The notes under the pieces were generated by a model, which did no database searches, had not been told where the DNA came from, and saw only the letters and a list, made by a program, of their open reading frames with translations. Shown piece by piece: positions 53,096 through 62,974 of a stretch of 64,000 nt of DNA. The translations under genes and the position numbers were made by a program. The stretch is from an uncultured Chloroflexia bacterium (GTDB taxonomy: Bacteria > Chloroflexota > Limnocylindria > Limnocylindrales > CSP1-4). Each line of letters starts with the position of its first letter. The first letter of the stretch is position 1. The DNA lies in the NCBI GenBank assembly GCA_963763775.1, contig CAVXPZ010000003.1, positions 32,001 to 96,000 on the forward strand, read 5' to 3'.

Positions 53096-54000
53096 CGGGC
53101 GCTCGCGTGGGCCCGGGCGAGGGCCGGCGCGTAGTCGGCCATGGCGTCGGGCCACGGGCGCATCGGCTCGCCCGACGGCATCGGGGTCGGCGCGAGCACG
53201 CCCCAGCGCGGCGGCGTCGAAGCCCGGGCCCACGTCGTCGCGGGCACGTGCTCGACCTCGACCTTGAGCCCGAAGCGCCCGACGATGTATTCCGCCCACA
53301 GCGCGCGCGTCGCCGTCAGGCCGTTGACGAGGTGGTGGGTCCCGCCGACGGCATCCTCCGCGAGCAGCTCCACGATGGCGTCGGCGAGGTCCGCGGCATA
53401 GGTCGGGGTCCCCCACTCGTCCCCGACGACGCGCAGCGGCTCGCCGGCCGCAGCCGCGCGCTCCGCGGCCTCGACGATCTTGCGCGGGAAGTCGCGGCCG
53501 GGCGGCCCGAACAGCCACGCCGTTCGCGCGATGCCCAGCGTCGCCCTGGCGCCATGGGCGGCGAAGGCGTCGGTCGCGGCCCGCTCCCCGGCGAGCTTCG
53601 AGGCGCCGTACGGGTTCGGGGGCGAGGGGGCATCCGCCGGGCCGTAGCCGACGCCGTCCAGGCGCGAGCCGTCGAAGACCTCGTTGGTCGACACCACCAG
53701 GAGGTCCACGCCGCGCTCGGCGCAGGCCGTCGCCAGGACCCCGGTCGCGGTCCCGTTGCGCTGCATGGCGAGATCGGGCTCGCGGGCGCACCCGTCGACG
53801 TCGGTCCAGGCCGCGGCGTGGACGACCACTTCGGGGCGGTCCGACGCGAGCCGCGCGCCCACGGACGCCGGCGCGTCGAGATCGAAGGCGCGCCGGCCCC
53901 ACGCGATCGGCCCGAGCGGTCCGGTGAACGGCGCGTCGGCAAGCGCGGCGATGAGCGCCGACCCGAGACGGCCGGTCGCCCCGGTGACCGCGACCCGCAT
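53092..54000 (-). CDS. rmlD: dTDP-4-dehydrorhamnose reductase
   Basis: TGATGRLG, HAAAWTDVD, STNEVFDG, YGASKLAGE, GTPTY. Confidence 0.92.
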   Translation of the reverse strand: MRVAVTGATGRLGSALIAALADAPFTGPLGPIAWGRRAFDLDAPASVGARLASDRPEVVVHAAAWTDVDGCAREPDLAMQRNGTATGVLATACAERGVDLLVVSTNEVFDGSRLDGVGYGPADAPSPPNPYGASKLAGERAATDAFAAHGARATLGIARTAWLFGPPGRDFPRKIVEAAERAAAAGEPLRVVGDEWGTPTYAADLADAIVELLAEDAVGGTHHLVNGLTATRALWAEYIVGRFGLKVEVEHVPATTWARASTPPRWGVLAPTPMPSGEPMRPWPDAMADYAPALARAHASAR

Positions 54001-54019
54001 CAGGCGACCGCCATGCGCA

Positions 54020-55069
54020 TCAGGAAGTGGCCCGGAACCGGGCGCCGTACTGTCGCTCGTAGTAGGCGTCCCAGTCGCCGGACTTCGCGGCTCGCCACCA
54101 CGGCTCGTTCGCGCGGTACCAGTCGACCGTGGCCGCAAGCCCGTCGGCGAACGCCGTCGTCGGGCGCCAACCGAGCCCGGCGATCTTCGCGCCGTCCATC
54201 GCGTAGCGGCGGTCGTGCCCGGCGCGGTCCTCGACGTGCCGGACCAGCGACCACGGCTTCCCGAGTCGATCGAGCAGGAGGGCGACGGTGTCGCGGTTCG
54301 CCATCTCGGTGCCGCCCGGCACGTTGTACGTCTCGCCGGCCGTCCCGCGACGGAGCACGGCATCCACGCCGGCGGCGTGGTCGGCGACGTACAACCAGTC
54401 GCGGCGCTGCAGGCCGTCGCCGTAGAGCGGGAGCGGCTGGTCGTCGATCGCGTTGGTGATGCAGAGCGGGATCAGCTTCTCCGGATGGTGGTACGGCCCG
54501 TACGTGTTCGACCCGCGGGTGACGACGGCGTCGAGCCCGTGGGTGATGACGTAGCTCCGGACCAGCAGCTCGCCGGCGGCCTTGGCCGCGGCATACGGGG
54601 AGCGCGGGGCGAGGACGTCGCCCTCCCGGGACTCGCCGGTCTCGACCGAGCCGTAGACCTCGTCGGTCGAGACCTGGAGATAGCGCGGGCGGCCGGGCGC
54701 CGTCCGGCAGGCCTCGAGCAGGACGTGGACACCGATGACGCCCGTGACGAGGAACGCCTCCGGGTCGAGGATGGACCGGTCGACGTGCGACTCGGCGGCG
54801 AAGTTGACCACGGCGTCCACGTCGGCGACCAGCGGCGCCACGACCGTGGCATCGGCGATGTCGCCGTGGACGAAGCGCAGCCGCGCCGCCTGCTCCGGAT
54901 CGGCGCGGACGGCGGCGAGGTTCGCCTCGTTCCCGGCGTAGGTCAGCTTGTCGAGGACGGTGATCTCGGTCCCGTCGCGGCGCGCCAGGACGTCGCGGAC
55001 GTAGCACGACCCGATGAACCCGGCTCCGCCGGTCACGAGCAGCCGACGGTAGGGCCGGTCGTCGGGCAC
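54020..55069 (-). CDS. rmlB: dTDP-glucose 4,6-dehydratase
   Basis: TGGAGFIGS, DKLTYAG, AAESHVDRSI, STDEVYG, PEKLIP. Confidence 0.96.
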   Translation of the reverse strand: MPDDRPYRRLLVTGGAGFIGSCYVRDVLARRDGTEITVLDKLTYAGNEANLAAVRADPEQAARLRFVHGDIADATVVAPLVADVDAVVNFAAESHVDRSILDPEAFLVTGVIGVHVLLEACRTAPGRPRYLQVSTDEVYGSVETGESREGDVLAPRSPYAAAKAAGELLVRSYVITHGLDAVVTRGSNTYGPYHHPEKLIPLCITNAIDDQPLPLYGDGLQRRDWLYVADHAAGVDAVLRRGTAGETYNVPGGTEMANRDTVALLLDRLGKPWSLVRHVEDRAGHDRRYAMDGAKIAGLGWRPTTAFADGLAATVDWYRANEPWWRAAKSGDWDAYYERQYGARFRATS

Positions 55070-55077
55070 GGCGGCGG

Positions 55078-55839
55078 TCAGGGTGCGGGCCGTTCGATCG
55101 GCGGGGCCAGGCGGCCCGCGGTGTCGTCGTCGTGGGCCAGCTCGGAGGCCCGCAGGAGCGACGGGACCGTGCCGGCATCGGTCCAGTGGCCGTCGTAGAC
55201 GCGCGTGAAGAGCCGCCCACCCGGGATGTAGGCGTTGAGCACGTCGGTGATCTCGAACTCGCCTCGGCCGGACGGGGCGAGGCGCTCGATCACGCCGAAC
55301 GCATCCGGGCGGAGGAAGTACACGCCGATCGGGATCAGGTCGCTCTTGGGGGCGACCGGCTTCTCCTCGAAGCCGATGACGCGGCCGTCCGCGTCGAACT
55401 CGGCGACGCCGAACCGCTCCGGGTCCGGGACGCGGTACAGGAGCGTGCCGGCGTCGTACGTCCCAGCGTCGAAGTCGGCGGCGACGCCGGCGAGGGACGG
55501 GCCGCGCAGGATGTTGTCGCCGAGGATGCAGCAGAACGAGTCGTCACCCACGAAGTCGCGGGCGAGGCCGATCGCGTGGGCGATCCCGAGGGCGCCGCGT
55601 TGATAGCGGTACGTGAGGTCGAGCCCGAAGTGCGAGCCGTCCGCGAGCAGCTCGACGACATCGCCGACGCTCTTGCCGCCGACCACGATCATGACCTCGC
55701 GGATCCCCATGCCCGCGAGGGTCTCGATCGGGTAATAGATCATCGGGCGGTCGTAGATCGGGAGCAGGTGCTTGTTCGTGACGATCGTCAGCGGGTAGAG
55801 CCGGGTCGCCGTGCCGCCGGCGAGGACGATGCCCTTCAT
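55078..55839 (-). CDS. rmlA: Glucose-1-phosphate thymidylyltransferase (short form)
   Basis: MKGIVLAGGTATRLYPLT, KHLLPIYDRPMIYYP, SGRGEFEITD, WTDAGT. Confidence 0.93.
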   Translation of the reverse strand: MKGIVLAGGTATRLYPLTIVTNKHLLPIYDRPMIYYPIETLAGMGIREVMIVVGGKSVGDVVELLADGSHFGLDLTYRYQRGALGIAHAIGLARDFVGDDSFCCILGDNILRGPSLAGVAADFDAGTYDAGTLLYRVPDPERFGVAEFDADGRVIGFEEKPVAPKSDLIPIGVYFLRPDAFGVIERLAPSGRGEFEITDVLNAYIPGGRLFTRVYDGHWTDAGTVPSLLRASELAHDDDTAGRLAPPIERPAP

Positions 55840-55891
55840 CGCGGGCAAGCGTAGCAGGGGCGACCGGCCGTGGACGCGGTCCGGGTCCGAG

Positions 55892-56866
55892 TCAGGGCTT
55901 CGCGGTCGCCTTCGGTGAGCCCGTCGGCGCCGCCGTCCCCGTGTAGCACGGCTGCTCGCCCGCGGGGAGCGTCCCACTGTGGCCGCTGCAGTCGACCGGC
56001 TGCTGGTCGACCGGCGGCAGCCCGCCCTGGTAGTCGAGGACCACCAGCACGTACTCGAGCTTGTCGAGGTCGGCCGTCGGCTGCAGGAAGGCGGTCTGGA
56101 CCACGTCGTTCGCGTCGCGCTTCACGTCGACCACCTGGCCGATCAGGAGGCCCTTGGGATAGGGCGACCGGATCCCGCTCGCGAGCTCGATGCCGGCCGT
56201 GACGACCTCGTCGCCGAGGCCGATCCGCTCGCCGGCGTCGATCTGGTTCATGACCAGCACGCCGCCCAGCTGGCCGACGACCTCGCCGGTCGCGGCGGTC
56301 GGCACGAGCTGGCCGATGACCGTCGATTCCGAGTCGGTGAGGAGCACGACGGTCGCGCTGTCGGGACCCACGTCGGTGACGCGCCCGGCGAGGGCGCCAC
56401 CCGAGGCCACGACCACGTCACCCACGGCGATGCCGCTGTTCGTGCCCTTGTCGAGCGTCACGGTCCGCCGGAACTCCGACGATTCGCGGCCGATCACGGT
56501 CGCGGCCGCCGTCTTGAACTCGATGCCGCTCCGGACCTGCAGGAGCCCGGTGAGCAGGTCGTTCTCGCGCTTGAGCTCGTCGAGACGGGCGTTGTCGGAC
56601 TCGAGACGGGCGTTGGAATCGCGAAGGGCGGCGTTGTCGGTCCGGAGCCGGTCGATCTCGGTGATCGCCGTCGCGACGGAGGCGACGCCGCCGGCGACCT
56701 GGTCGAGCGCGCCCTGGATCGGGCGGAACGCGAATCCGATGCCGTTCTGGACGTCCTTCACCGCGGGGTTCGAGCTGAAGGCCATCATCAGCAAGGTCAT
56801 CACGATGAGGACGGTGAAGACGATGCCGCGCCGTCGGGCGTTGCGGTCGGCGAGCAGGGAGGTCAT
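55892..56866 (-). CDS. mreC: Rod shape-determining protein MreC
   Basis: N-terminal TM, coiled coil, LDKGTNSG, VVTAG, YPKGLLIG. Confidence 0.93.
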   Translation of the reverse strand: MTSLLADRNARRRGIVFTVLIVMTLLMMAFSSNPAVKDVQNGIGFAFRPIQGALDQVAGGVASVATAITEIDRLRTDNAALRDSNARLESDNARLDELKRENDLLTGLLQVRSGIEFKTAAATVIGRESSEFRRTVTLDKGTNSGIAVGDVVVASGGALAGRVTDVGPDSATVVLLTDSESTVIGQLVPTAATGEVVGQLGGVLVMNQIDAGERIGLGDEVVTAGIELASGIRSPYPKGLLIGQVVDVKRDANDVVQTAFLQPTADLDKLEYVLVVLDYQGGLPPVDQQPVDCSGHSGTLPAGEQPCYTGTAAPTGSPKATAKP

Positions 56867-56891
56867 CGGCGGCGTCCCGGTTGGCTGGTCG

Positions 56892-57944
56892 TCAGCGCGG
56901 CGGCCGCGAGTAGGTCTCTGCGACGAGCACGCGGTCCATCGCGTCGAGCTCCTCGAGCACCACCCCGGTCCCGCGGGCGACGCAGGTCAGCGGGTCGTCG
57001 GCCACGTGCACCGGCATCTGGGTCGCCTCGGCCACGCGGCGGTCGAGGCCGGCCAGGAGCGCGCCGCCACCGGCGAGCACGATCCCCTGGTCCATGATGT
57101 CGGCGACGAGCTCCGGCGGCGTCTCCTCGATCGTGTCCTTCACGGTGTCGACGATCTGGGCGACCGACGGCTCGATGGCCTCGCGGATCTGGTCCGCCCC
57201 GACTTCGACGCTGCGCGGCAGGCCGGTCAGGAGGTCGCGACCACGGAGCGTGACGCGCTGCGCATCCCACTCGCCGGGGTAGGCGGAGCCGATCGCGATC
57301 TTGATGTCTTCCGCGGTCCGCTCGCCGAGGAACAGGTTGTACTCGCGGCGCGCGAACGTGACGATGTCCTGGTCCATCTCGTCGCCGCCGATCCGGATGG
57401 ATCGCGAGACCACGATGCCGCCGAGGCTCAGGACCGCCACTTCCGTCGTGCCGCCGCCGATGTCGACGATGAGGCTGCCCGACGGCTCGCTGACCGGCAG
57501 GCCGGCGCCGATCGCGGCGGCCATGGGCTCCTCGATCAGGCGGGCCCAGCGGGCGCCGGCGTTCAGCGCGGCATCCCGGACCGCCCGCTTCTCGACCTCG
57601 GTGACGCCCGACGGGATGCCGAGCAGCATCCGTGGCCGCGGGATCAGGCCGACCCGGTCGTGGACCCGGTTCACGAAGTACTTGAGCATCTGCTCGGTGA
57701 CGTCGAAGTCGCTGATGACCCCGTCGCGCAGCGGCCGGACCGCGATGATGTTCGCCGGGGTTCGGCCGACCATCCGCTTGGCTTCGGCGCCGATCGCCAG
57801 CACGCGCTTGGTCTTCGCGTCGATGGCGACGACGGACGGCTCGCTCATGACGATGCCGCGGTCGCGGACGTGGACGAGCGTGTTGGCAGTGCCGAGGTCG
57901 ATCCCGATGTCGCGGGAGAAGAGGCCGAGGATCCGGTCAAGCAT
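56892..57944 (-). CDS. mreB: Rod shape-determining protein MreB
   Basis: IGIDLGTANT, RPLRDGVI, EEPMAAAIG, DIGGGTTE, TPPELVAD. Confidence 0.97.
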   Translation of the reverse strand: MLDRILGLFSRDIGIDLGTANTLVHVRDRGIVMSEPSVVAIDAKTKRVLAIGAEAKRMVGRTPANIIAVRPLRDGVISDFDVTEQMLKYFVNRVHDRVGLIPRPRMLLGIPSGVTEVEKRAVRDAALNAGARWARLIEEPMAAAIGAGLPVSEPSGSLIVDIGGGTTEVAVLSLGGIVVSRSIRIGGDEMDQDIVTFARREYNLFLGERTAEDIKIAIGSAYPGEWDAQRVTLRGRDLLTGLPRSVEVGADQIREAIEPSVAQIVDTVKDTIEETPPELVADIMDQGIVLAGGGALLAGLDRRVAEATQMPVHVADDPLTCVARGTGVVLEELDAMDRVLVAETYSRPPR

Positions 57945-58077
57945 GATGGGGGGCGCGTCCTTCGTCGTGTCATCGATCGCGGCGCAGAGGCCGCCGGCCG
58001 GTGGCGGGTCGCGCGGGGATCGTCGGTCGTTCCGGGCGGGCTCGTGCGAGCGGGGTCGTGTGCGGGAAAGCCCGGGC

Positions 58078-58083
58078 AGTATA
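58078..58083 (-). promoter_or_regulatory. -10 element upstream of mreB
   Basis: TATACT on the minus strand in GC-rich intergenic DNA. Confidence 0.5.
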
Positions 58084-58182
58084 CCCGCTCACCCCGCGAG
58101 GCCCGGGAACCCTCCGGTCGCCCGGCCGTCTGCGGTGCGTGTGCGCACCATCCGGCCGTGGTCGCGAGGCGGACGGACGCCG

Positions 58183-58914
58183 CTAGGTCCTTGAGTCGGG
58201 ACGGTCGAAGGCCACGCCCCGATCCCGGAGGGACACGAACGCATCGTGACCGATCACCAGGTGGTCGAGCAGCTGGATGTCGAGGAGTCGGCCGGCGGCG
58301 AGGGCCTCGGCCGTGAGGTGCAGGTCGTCGGGCGACGGCGTCGGATCCCCGGATGGATGGTTGTGGGCGAGGATGATCCCCGCCGCGTCGAGCCGGACCG
58401 CGTCGCGATAGAGCTCGCCGACGCGAACGAGGGACGCGCTGACGTTCCCCTGGTACACGGTCGAGACGCGCAGCACGTGGTTCTTCGTGTCCAGGAGGAC
58501 GACGCGGAGCTCCTCTCGCTCGAGCCGCCCCATCTGCAGGATCAGCCGGTCGGCGACGTCGCGCGGGCCGCGGATGGCCCACCGGCCGGACGGCCAGTCG
58601 GCGAGGAGTCGCCGCCCGAGCTCGAACGCGGCGAGCAGCTGGGCGGCCCGAGCCTCGCCGATGCCGGCGTGGCCCGCCAGCTCGAGGTCCGTGGCCCGCG
58701 CCAGGCCCGTGAGGCCGTCGTACCGGGCCAGGACGTCCGCGGCGAGGTCGACGGCGGACCGGCCACGAGTCCCGGAGCCCCAGACGAGGGCCAGCAACTC
58801 CGCTGCGGTCAGACCGCCGACCCCTCGCAGCGCGAGTCGCTCGCGGGGCCGTTCCGACACGGGCAGCTCGCGGATGGCTCGCCCGGCGGGCGGTCGCGGC
58901 GTCGAGACGTCCAC
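58183..58914 (-). CDS. radC: RadC/JAB-domain protein
   Basis: ERPRERL, ELLAL, AAFELGRR, HNHPSGDPTPSPDD, LLDHLVIG. Confidence 0.96.
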   Translation of the reverse strand: MDVSTPRPPAGRAIRELPVSERPRERLALRGVGGLTAAELLALVWGSGTRGRSAVDLAADVLARYDGLTGLARATDLELAGHAGIGEARAAQLLAAFELGRRLLADWPSGRWAIRGPRDVADRLILQMGRLEREELRVVLLDTKNHVLRVSTVYQGNVSASLVRVGELYRDAVRLDAAGIILAHNHPSGDPTPSPDDLHLTAEALAAGRLLDIQLLDHLVIGHDAFVSLRDRGVAFDRPDSRT

Positions 58915-59077
58915 CGAGGATCCTCCGAGGGGCGGGCCGGGGCTGGAGGCGTCCCCGGGCCCGGACGACGGGAGCCCGCCAATTCCCCCCGCCATCCGGA
59001 CCTCGAGGACGACGCAGAGCCTACGGACGGGCCCTCACCGGCGGCTCATCGGGAGCTTCGCCGCGGATCGACCGGCG

Positions 59078-60172
59078 TCAGCTCGCGCGGATCGCGATCT
59101 CGCCGGCGATCAGGAGGATCGCGTTGAAGGCCATGTGCAGGCCGATCGGCGCCCACAACGACCCGCGTCGCAGGTACAGCCATCCGAGCGCGAACGCGAT
59201 CGGGAGCCGCGTCGCGAACCCGACGACCGCCAGGCCGAACGCCTCCCCGGCCGATGACCCGGACACGGTGAGCACGTGGGCGAGGGCGAAGATGATGGCC
59301 GCCTGCGCGACGCCACGCAGCGGGCCGTAGACCCGGACCCAGGCCGTCGTCGCCAGGCCGCGGAACATCAGCTCCTCGCCGAACGGGGCGATGATCGCGC
59401 CCGCCAGGAACTGGAGGGCGAACCCGGTCGATTCGCCGGTCGGGGGGAGCGGGCTGGTCGGCGTCACGTGCAACGCGTTCACGAGGACCGCCGAGATCGG
59501 GATCGTCACGACGATCACCGGGATCGCCCACAGGGCCCCGGCGCCGATCTCCGCGAGCGCGCGGCCCCCGAGGCGCGTGAGCCCCATGTCGGCCCACGAC
59601 AGCGCCTGCGTGTCGACGACCAGCAACCGGATCAACGCCACGTAGACCAGCGTCTGTACGACGACCGAGGCGAGCTGGCCGACCGGGCCGTCGACTTCGA
59701 CCCCGATCGCGACCAGCGGGATCGCGACGAGGACGATCGCGACGAGCGAGACCGGGATCGATGTCACGAACACAAGAAGGGGAGATGGGCCCTGGTAGAA
59801 GGGCACCCCACGGGCGCGCCGCTCGATCCCCTGCGACCCCGCCCCGGCGATGAGCCCGATCGAGAGCACCACGAGACCGGTGACGAGGACGAACGGAGCG
59901 ATGGCGCCCTGGGCCATGGCGCCGATCAGGACGATCCCCAGCCCCATGATCGTGGCGAGCCAGCCGACGACGAAGAGGGCCGGTGCGGCGCGACCGTCGA
60001 TGGTGAACGTGGACGCGCCGGGGCGGGTCGTTCCGTTCGGCGGGAACGCCGCCGGCGCCGACGTCAGGGCCGTCTGGGCCGGGTCGGCGTCGGCCTCGGG
60101 GACGGGGGCCGGATCCGGGTCGGGAGCGTTGTCGGAAGCGTGGCCCGTGTCGTCGGGGCCGAGCGAGGTCAA
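59078..60172 (-). CDS. CPBP (CAAX/Abi) intramembrane metalloprotease
   Basis: APFGEELMFRG, FALAH, LHMAFN. Confidence 0.92.
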   Translation of the reverse strand: MTSLGPDDTGHASDNAPDPDPAPVPEADADPAQTALTSAPAAFPPNGTTRPGASTFTIDGRAAPALFVVGWLATIMGLGIVLIGAMAQGAIAPFVLVTGLVVLSIGLIAGAGSQGIERRARGVPFYQGPSPLLVFVTSIPVSLVAIVLVAIPLVAIGVEVDGPVGQLASVVVQTLVYVALIRLLVVDTQALSWADMGLTRLGGRALAEIGAGALWAIPVIVVTIPISAVLVNALHVTPTSPLPPTGESTGFALQFLAGAIIAPFGEELMFRGLATTAWVRVYGPLRGVAQAAIIFALAHVLTVSGSSAGEAFGLAVVGFATRLPIAFALGWLYLRRGSLWAPIGLHMAFNAILLIAGEIAIRAS

Positions 60173-60819
60173 CGCTCCGGCAGCGGGTCCTGTGCCGCGG
60201 TCTTGCGGCCGCTGCCCTGGGGCGCGGCGGGCGTCCGGGTCGAGCTGCGAAGCTGCGCCGGCGCGCTGCCGGACGAGGCCACCCGGCCGGTCGTCTCACG
60301 CCGGGTCGTCGGCGACTCGATGGCCGCTGCGGGCACTTCGCGCCGCTCGAAGTCCTTGCCGCACCACGCGCAGAGGGACCAGTCCATGCCGACGAGGCGG
60401 CTGCAATTCGGGCAGACCCGGTTCAGGCGCGTCCGGCAGGTCGGACAGATGATCCAGTCGTCGTTGATGCGCCGCTCGCACCCCGGGCAGTGGTGGATCG
60501 ACTCGACTTCCGCCAGGAGGGCTTCCTCGGCCAGGTTGCGCTCCCAGACCTCGCCGATCTTCTCGTGCGGCCGGATGATCTTGTAGACCCAGACCGCGAG
60601 GATGAAGAAGACGGGCGTGAACAGGATGATCCCGGCGGCGACGAGGTACGGCAGGATCACGTTGTCGGATCGCTGCTGCATGTCGCGGAAGGCCCAGTAG
60701 GCCGAAGCCAGCCAGAGGACGACCAGGTAGATCCCGATCATCCGGACCCCGAACTGGACGATCGGGCTGCCGACGACGCCGCCGACGGTATCCCCGATCT
60801 GGTTGAGGATGTCTTCCAT
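60169..60819 (-). CDS. Membrane protein with double zinc ribbon
   Basis: Two TMs; CPGC, CPTC, CPNC, CAWC. Confidence 0.85.
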   Translation of the reverse strand: MEDILNQIGDTVGGVVGSPIVQFGVRMIGIYLVVLWLASAYWAFRDMQQRSDNVILPYLVAAGIILFTPVFFILAVWVYKIIRPHEKIGEVWERNLAEEALLAEVESIHHCPGCERRINDDWIICPTCRTRLNRVCPNCSRLVGMDWSLCAWCGKDFERREVPAAAIESPTTRRETTGRVASSGSAPAQLRSSTRTPAAPQGSGRKTAAQDPLPER

Positions 60820-60986
60820 GCCCCTGGACGGGTGCCTCCGTGCGGCGTCAGCGGGTCATCTGACCGGTGCGGCAGGGCCGCGGACGACGTCCGGCGCAGT
60901 GTAGCAGCGTCGGCGAAGGACCTCGGTCAAGCGCGGACGACGTCCTGGACGCCGCCATCGAGCCCGCTGGCGGGCTCGTTCCGAGC

Positions 60987-61940
60987 TCAGACGCTCGGCT
61001 CCCCCGGGTCGTGACGCGTGTGCCAGTCCGCGACGACGCCCGTGACGACGAGCACGATCGAGCCGATCAGCGTCAGGACGACGCCGATCTGCCCACCGAG
61101 CGGGCCGACGGCGTATGGCCAGGTCAGGCCGAGCGCGAACACGCCGAGGGCGAGGGCGGCCATGCCGCGCGAGATCCACGTCGGGACGCGGGTCGGGACG
61201 ACCGCGAGCGCGAGGATCACCAGCGCCCACGCGAGGACGAACACGTGACCCGGCCCGGCGAGCCCCCAGGAGTCGAAGTAGCCGAGACCGCTCGAGCCGA
61301 TCACGCTCCTCGACCAGGGCAGGAGCATCGCGATGGCGACGATCCCGGCGCCGAGCGCGGCGGCCCATTCGAGGCCCGCTTCGATCCGTTCGTGGTCCCA
61401 CGCGATGGCCAGGCGACCCGTGGACGACGCGGTCGCCGTCGGGTCGGCCGCTGCGGATGCGGCCCCGGGGGCGCCGGCTCCGCCGGATGTCGCGGCCGCG
61501 GCGGCCATGGCCGGGACGCCCGTCGTCGGGGTCGTGGGGCCCGGGGCGCCACCGGCGAAGGCGCCGGCCGTGGCCGGCGTGAACGCCCGGGTCACGGATC
61601 GCACCACGGTCGTCGGTACGAGGGTGAGCGCGGCCGCGGTCCGTTGGGCCGGCGGTCGCGGCGCGGAGGACCGTGCCGGGGACGGCCGCGGCAGGCGAGG
61701 CCGCAGGATCGGCGTCGTGTCCGCCGACGCGGCCGCGGGACCCGGCGTCGACGCGGCGGCGACGTGCCCGTCGTCGGCGGGGTCGCCGCCCACCGGGACG
61801 CTCGCGACCATGGGTGATGCCGCGTGACGGACGCCGCCGGCTACCGACGCCAGCAGGGTCCCGCACGACGGGCACGACAGGCGGCCGTGCGGCACGGCCT
61901 CGCCGCAGTCGGTGCACCTGATCTTGCGGGTCGTCGACAT
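60987..61940 (-). CDS. Zinc-ribbon membrane protein
   Basis: CTDC...CPSC at N-terminus, low-complexity linker, four C-terminal TMs. Confidence 0.75.
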   Translation of the reverse strand: MSTTRKIRCTDCGEAVPHGRLSCPSCGTLLASVAGGVRHAASPMVASVPVGGDPADDGHVAAASTPGPAAASADTTPILRPRLPRPSPARSSAPRPPAQRTAAALTLVPTTVVRSVTRAFTPATAGAFAGGAPGPTTPTTGVPAMAAAAATSGGAGAPGAASAAADPTATASSTGRLAIAWDHERIEAGLEWAAALGAGIVAIAMLLPWSRSVIGSSGLGYFDSWGLAGPGHVFVLAWALVILALAVVPTRVPTWISRGMAALALGVFALGLTWPYAVGPLGGQIGVVLTLIGSIVLVVTGVVADWHTRHDPGEPSV

Positions 61941-61981
61941 CCGGTCACCTCGCGTCCCGCCCGACGGGTCGACGGGCGAGG

Positions 61982-62974
61982 TTAGAGGGTGCCAGAGGAC
62001 TCGGCGCCCTTCCAGTCCCCCGGTCGGCCGGTGGCGGACCCCCCGAACGTCCCCCTCGCCGCCGGGACCATGGCGACCGTCCAGACCGCCTGGCGCCACG
62101 CGCACACCGCGCCGGTGAGCGTCAACCCGCCGGCCCACAGCCCCAGGAAGAGGGCCAGCGACACGGCGACCGCGACCGGGTCCGACCCGTTCGCGAGCGA
62201 CGTCCGAAGCCCGGTCCAGGTGACCGTGGCCGCGGCAGCCACCGGCACCAGCACGAGGAGCAGCACGATCGCGGGCAGCCCGTAGAGGACCGCCGCCCGC
62301 ACGGGATGGCGGACCGCGTCACGGATGGCGCCGAGCAGGCCACGGAGGATCGACGGGTCCCGCAGCACGACCCGTCGCGTCGCGAGCGCGGAGATCACCT
62401 CGCTGATGACCCATGCGACCAGGACGACCAGGATCGCATCGGGGACCGCCTCGAGGACCCGCCAGGCGATCGGGACGTCCGTTGCGCTGGGGAGGGTCAG
62501 CTCGGCATAGGTGACGGCCACGATCTGCGTCGTGCCGTAGATGAGCGCGGCGGCCAGCGGCGCGAGGGCGAAGATCCGCACGGCGAGGACCCGCAACGTC
62601 CGGCCGCGCGGGACGGCCAGCCGGGAGCTCGGTCGATCGACGGGCCACACCTCGTCGTCCTCGACGACGATGGACATGAGCTCGACCTCGATGGCCGCTG
62701 CCGCCAGACCGCCGCCGACGATCCAGGCCACAGCCGCCACAGCGCCGCCGAGCATCAGCAGGATGAGGCCGAGGGTCAGCCCGCCGAACACGAACGCCAC
62801 GACCGTCGGCCCGAAGGCATTCGCGAGGCCGACCGGTGTGGGCAGGATGAGGATCGGGACCAGGAACCACACGATCCCGCCGCGCACGAGGAACGAGGCG
62901 AGCGCCAGGAGCCAGGCCGTCGGACGGGTGAGGACGACCAGGAGCGAGGTCCCGAGGATCGCCCCCAGGGTCAC
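61982..62974 (-). CDS. Hypothetical multi-pass membrane protein
   Basis: About 6 hydrophobic segments; GTGA overlap with the upstream stop. Confidence 0.7.
   Translation of the reverse strand: MTLGAILGTSLLVVLTRPTAWLLALASFLVRGGIVWFLVPILILPTPVGLANAFGPTVVAFVFGGLTLGLILLMLGGAVAAVAWIVGGGLAAAAIEVELMSIVVEDDEVWPVDRPSSRLAVPRGRTLRVLAVRIFALAPLAAALIYGTTQIVAVTYAELTLPSATDVPIAWRVLEAVPDAILVVLVAWVISEVISALATRRVVLRDPSILRGLLGAIRDAVRHPVRAAVLYGLPAIVLLLVLVPVAAAATVTWTGLRTSLANGSDPVAVAVSLALFLGLWAGGLTLTGAVCAWRQAVWTVAMVPAARGTFGGSATGRPGDWKGAESSGTL

Noticed and set aside
58183-58914. RadC/JAB gene as part of a defence or mobile system
   Set aside because: Full-length housekeeping-type radC in its usual position upstream of mreBC.
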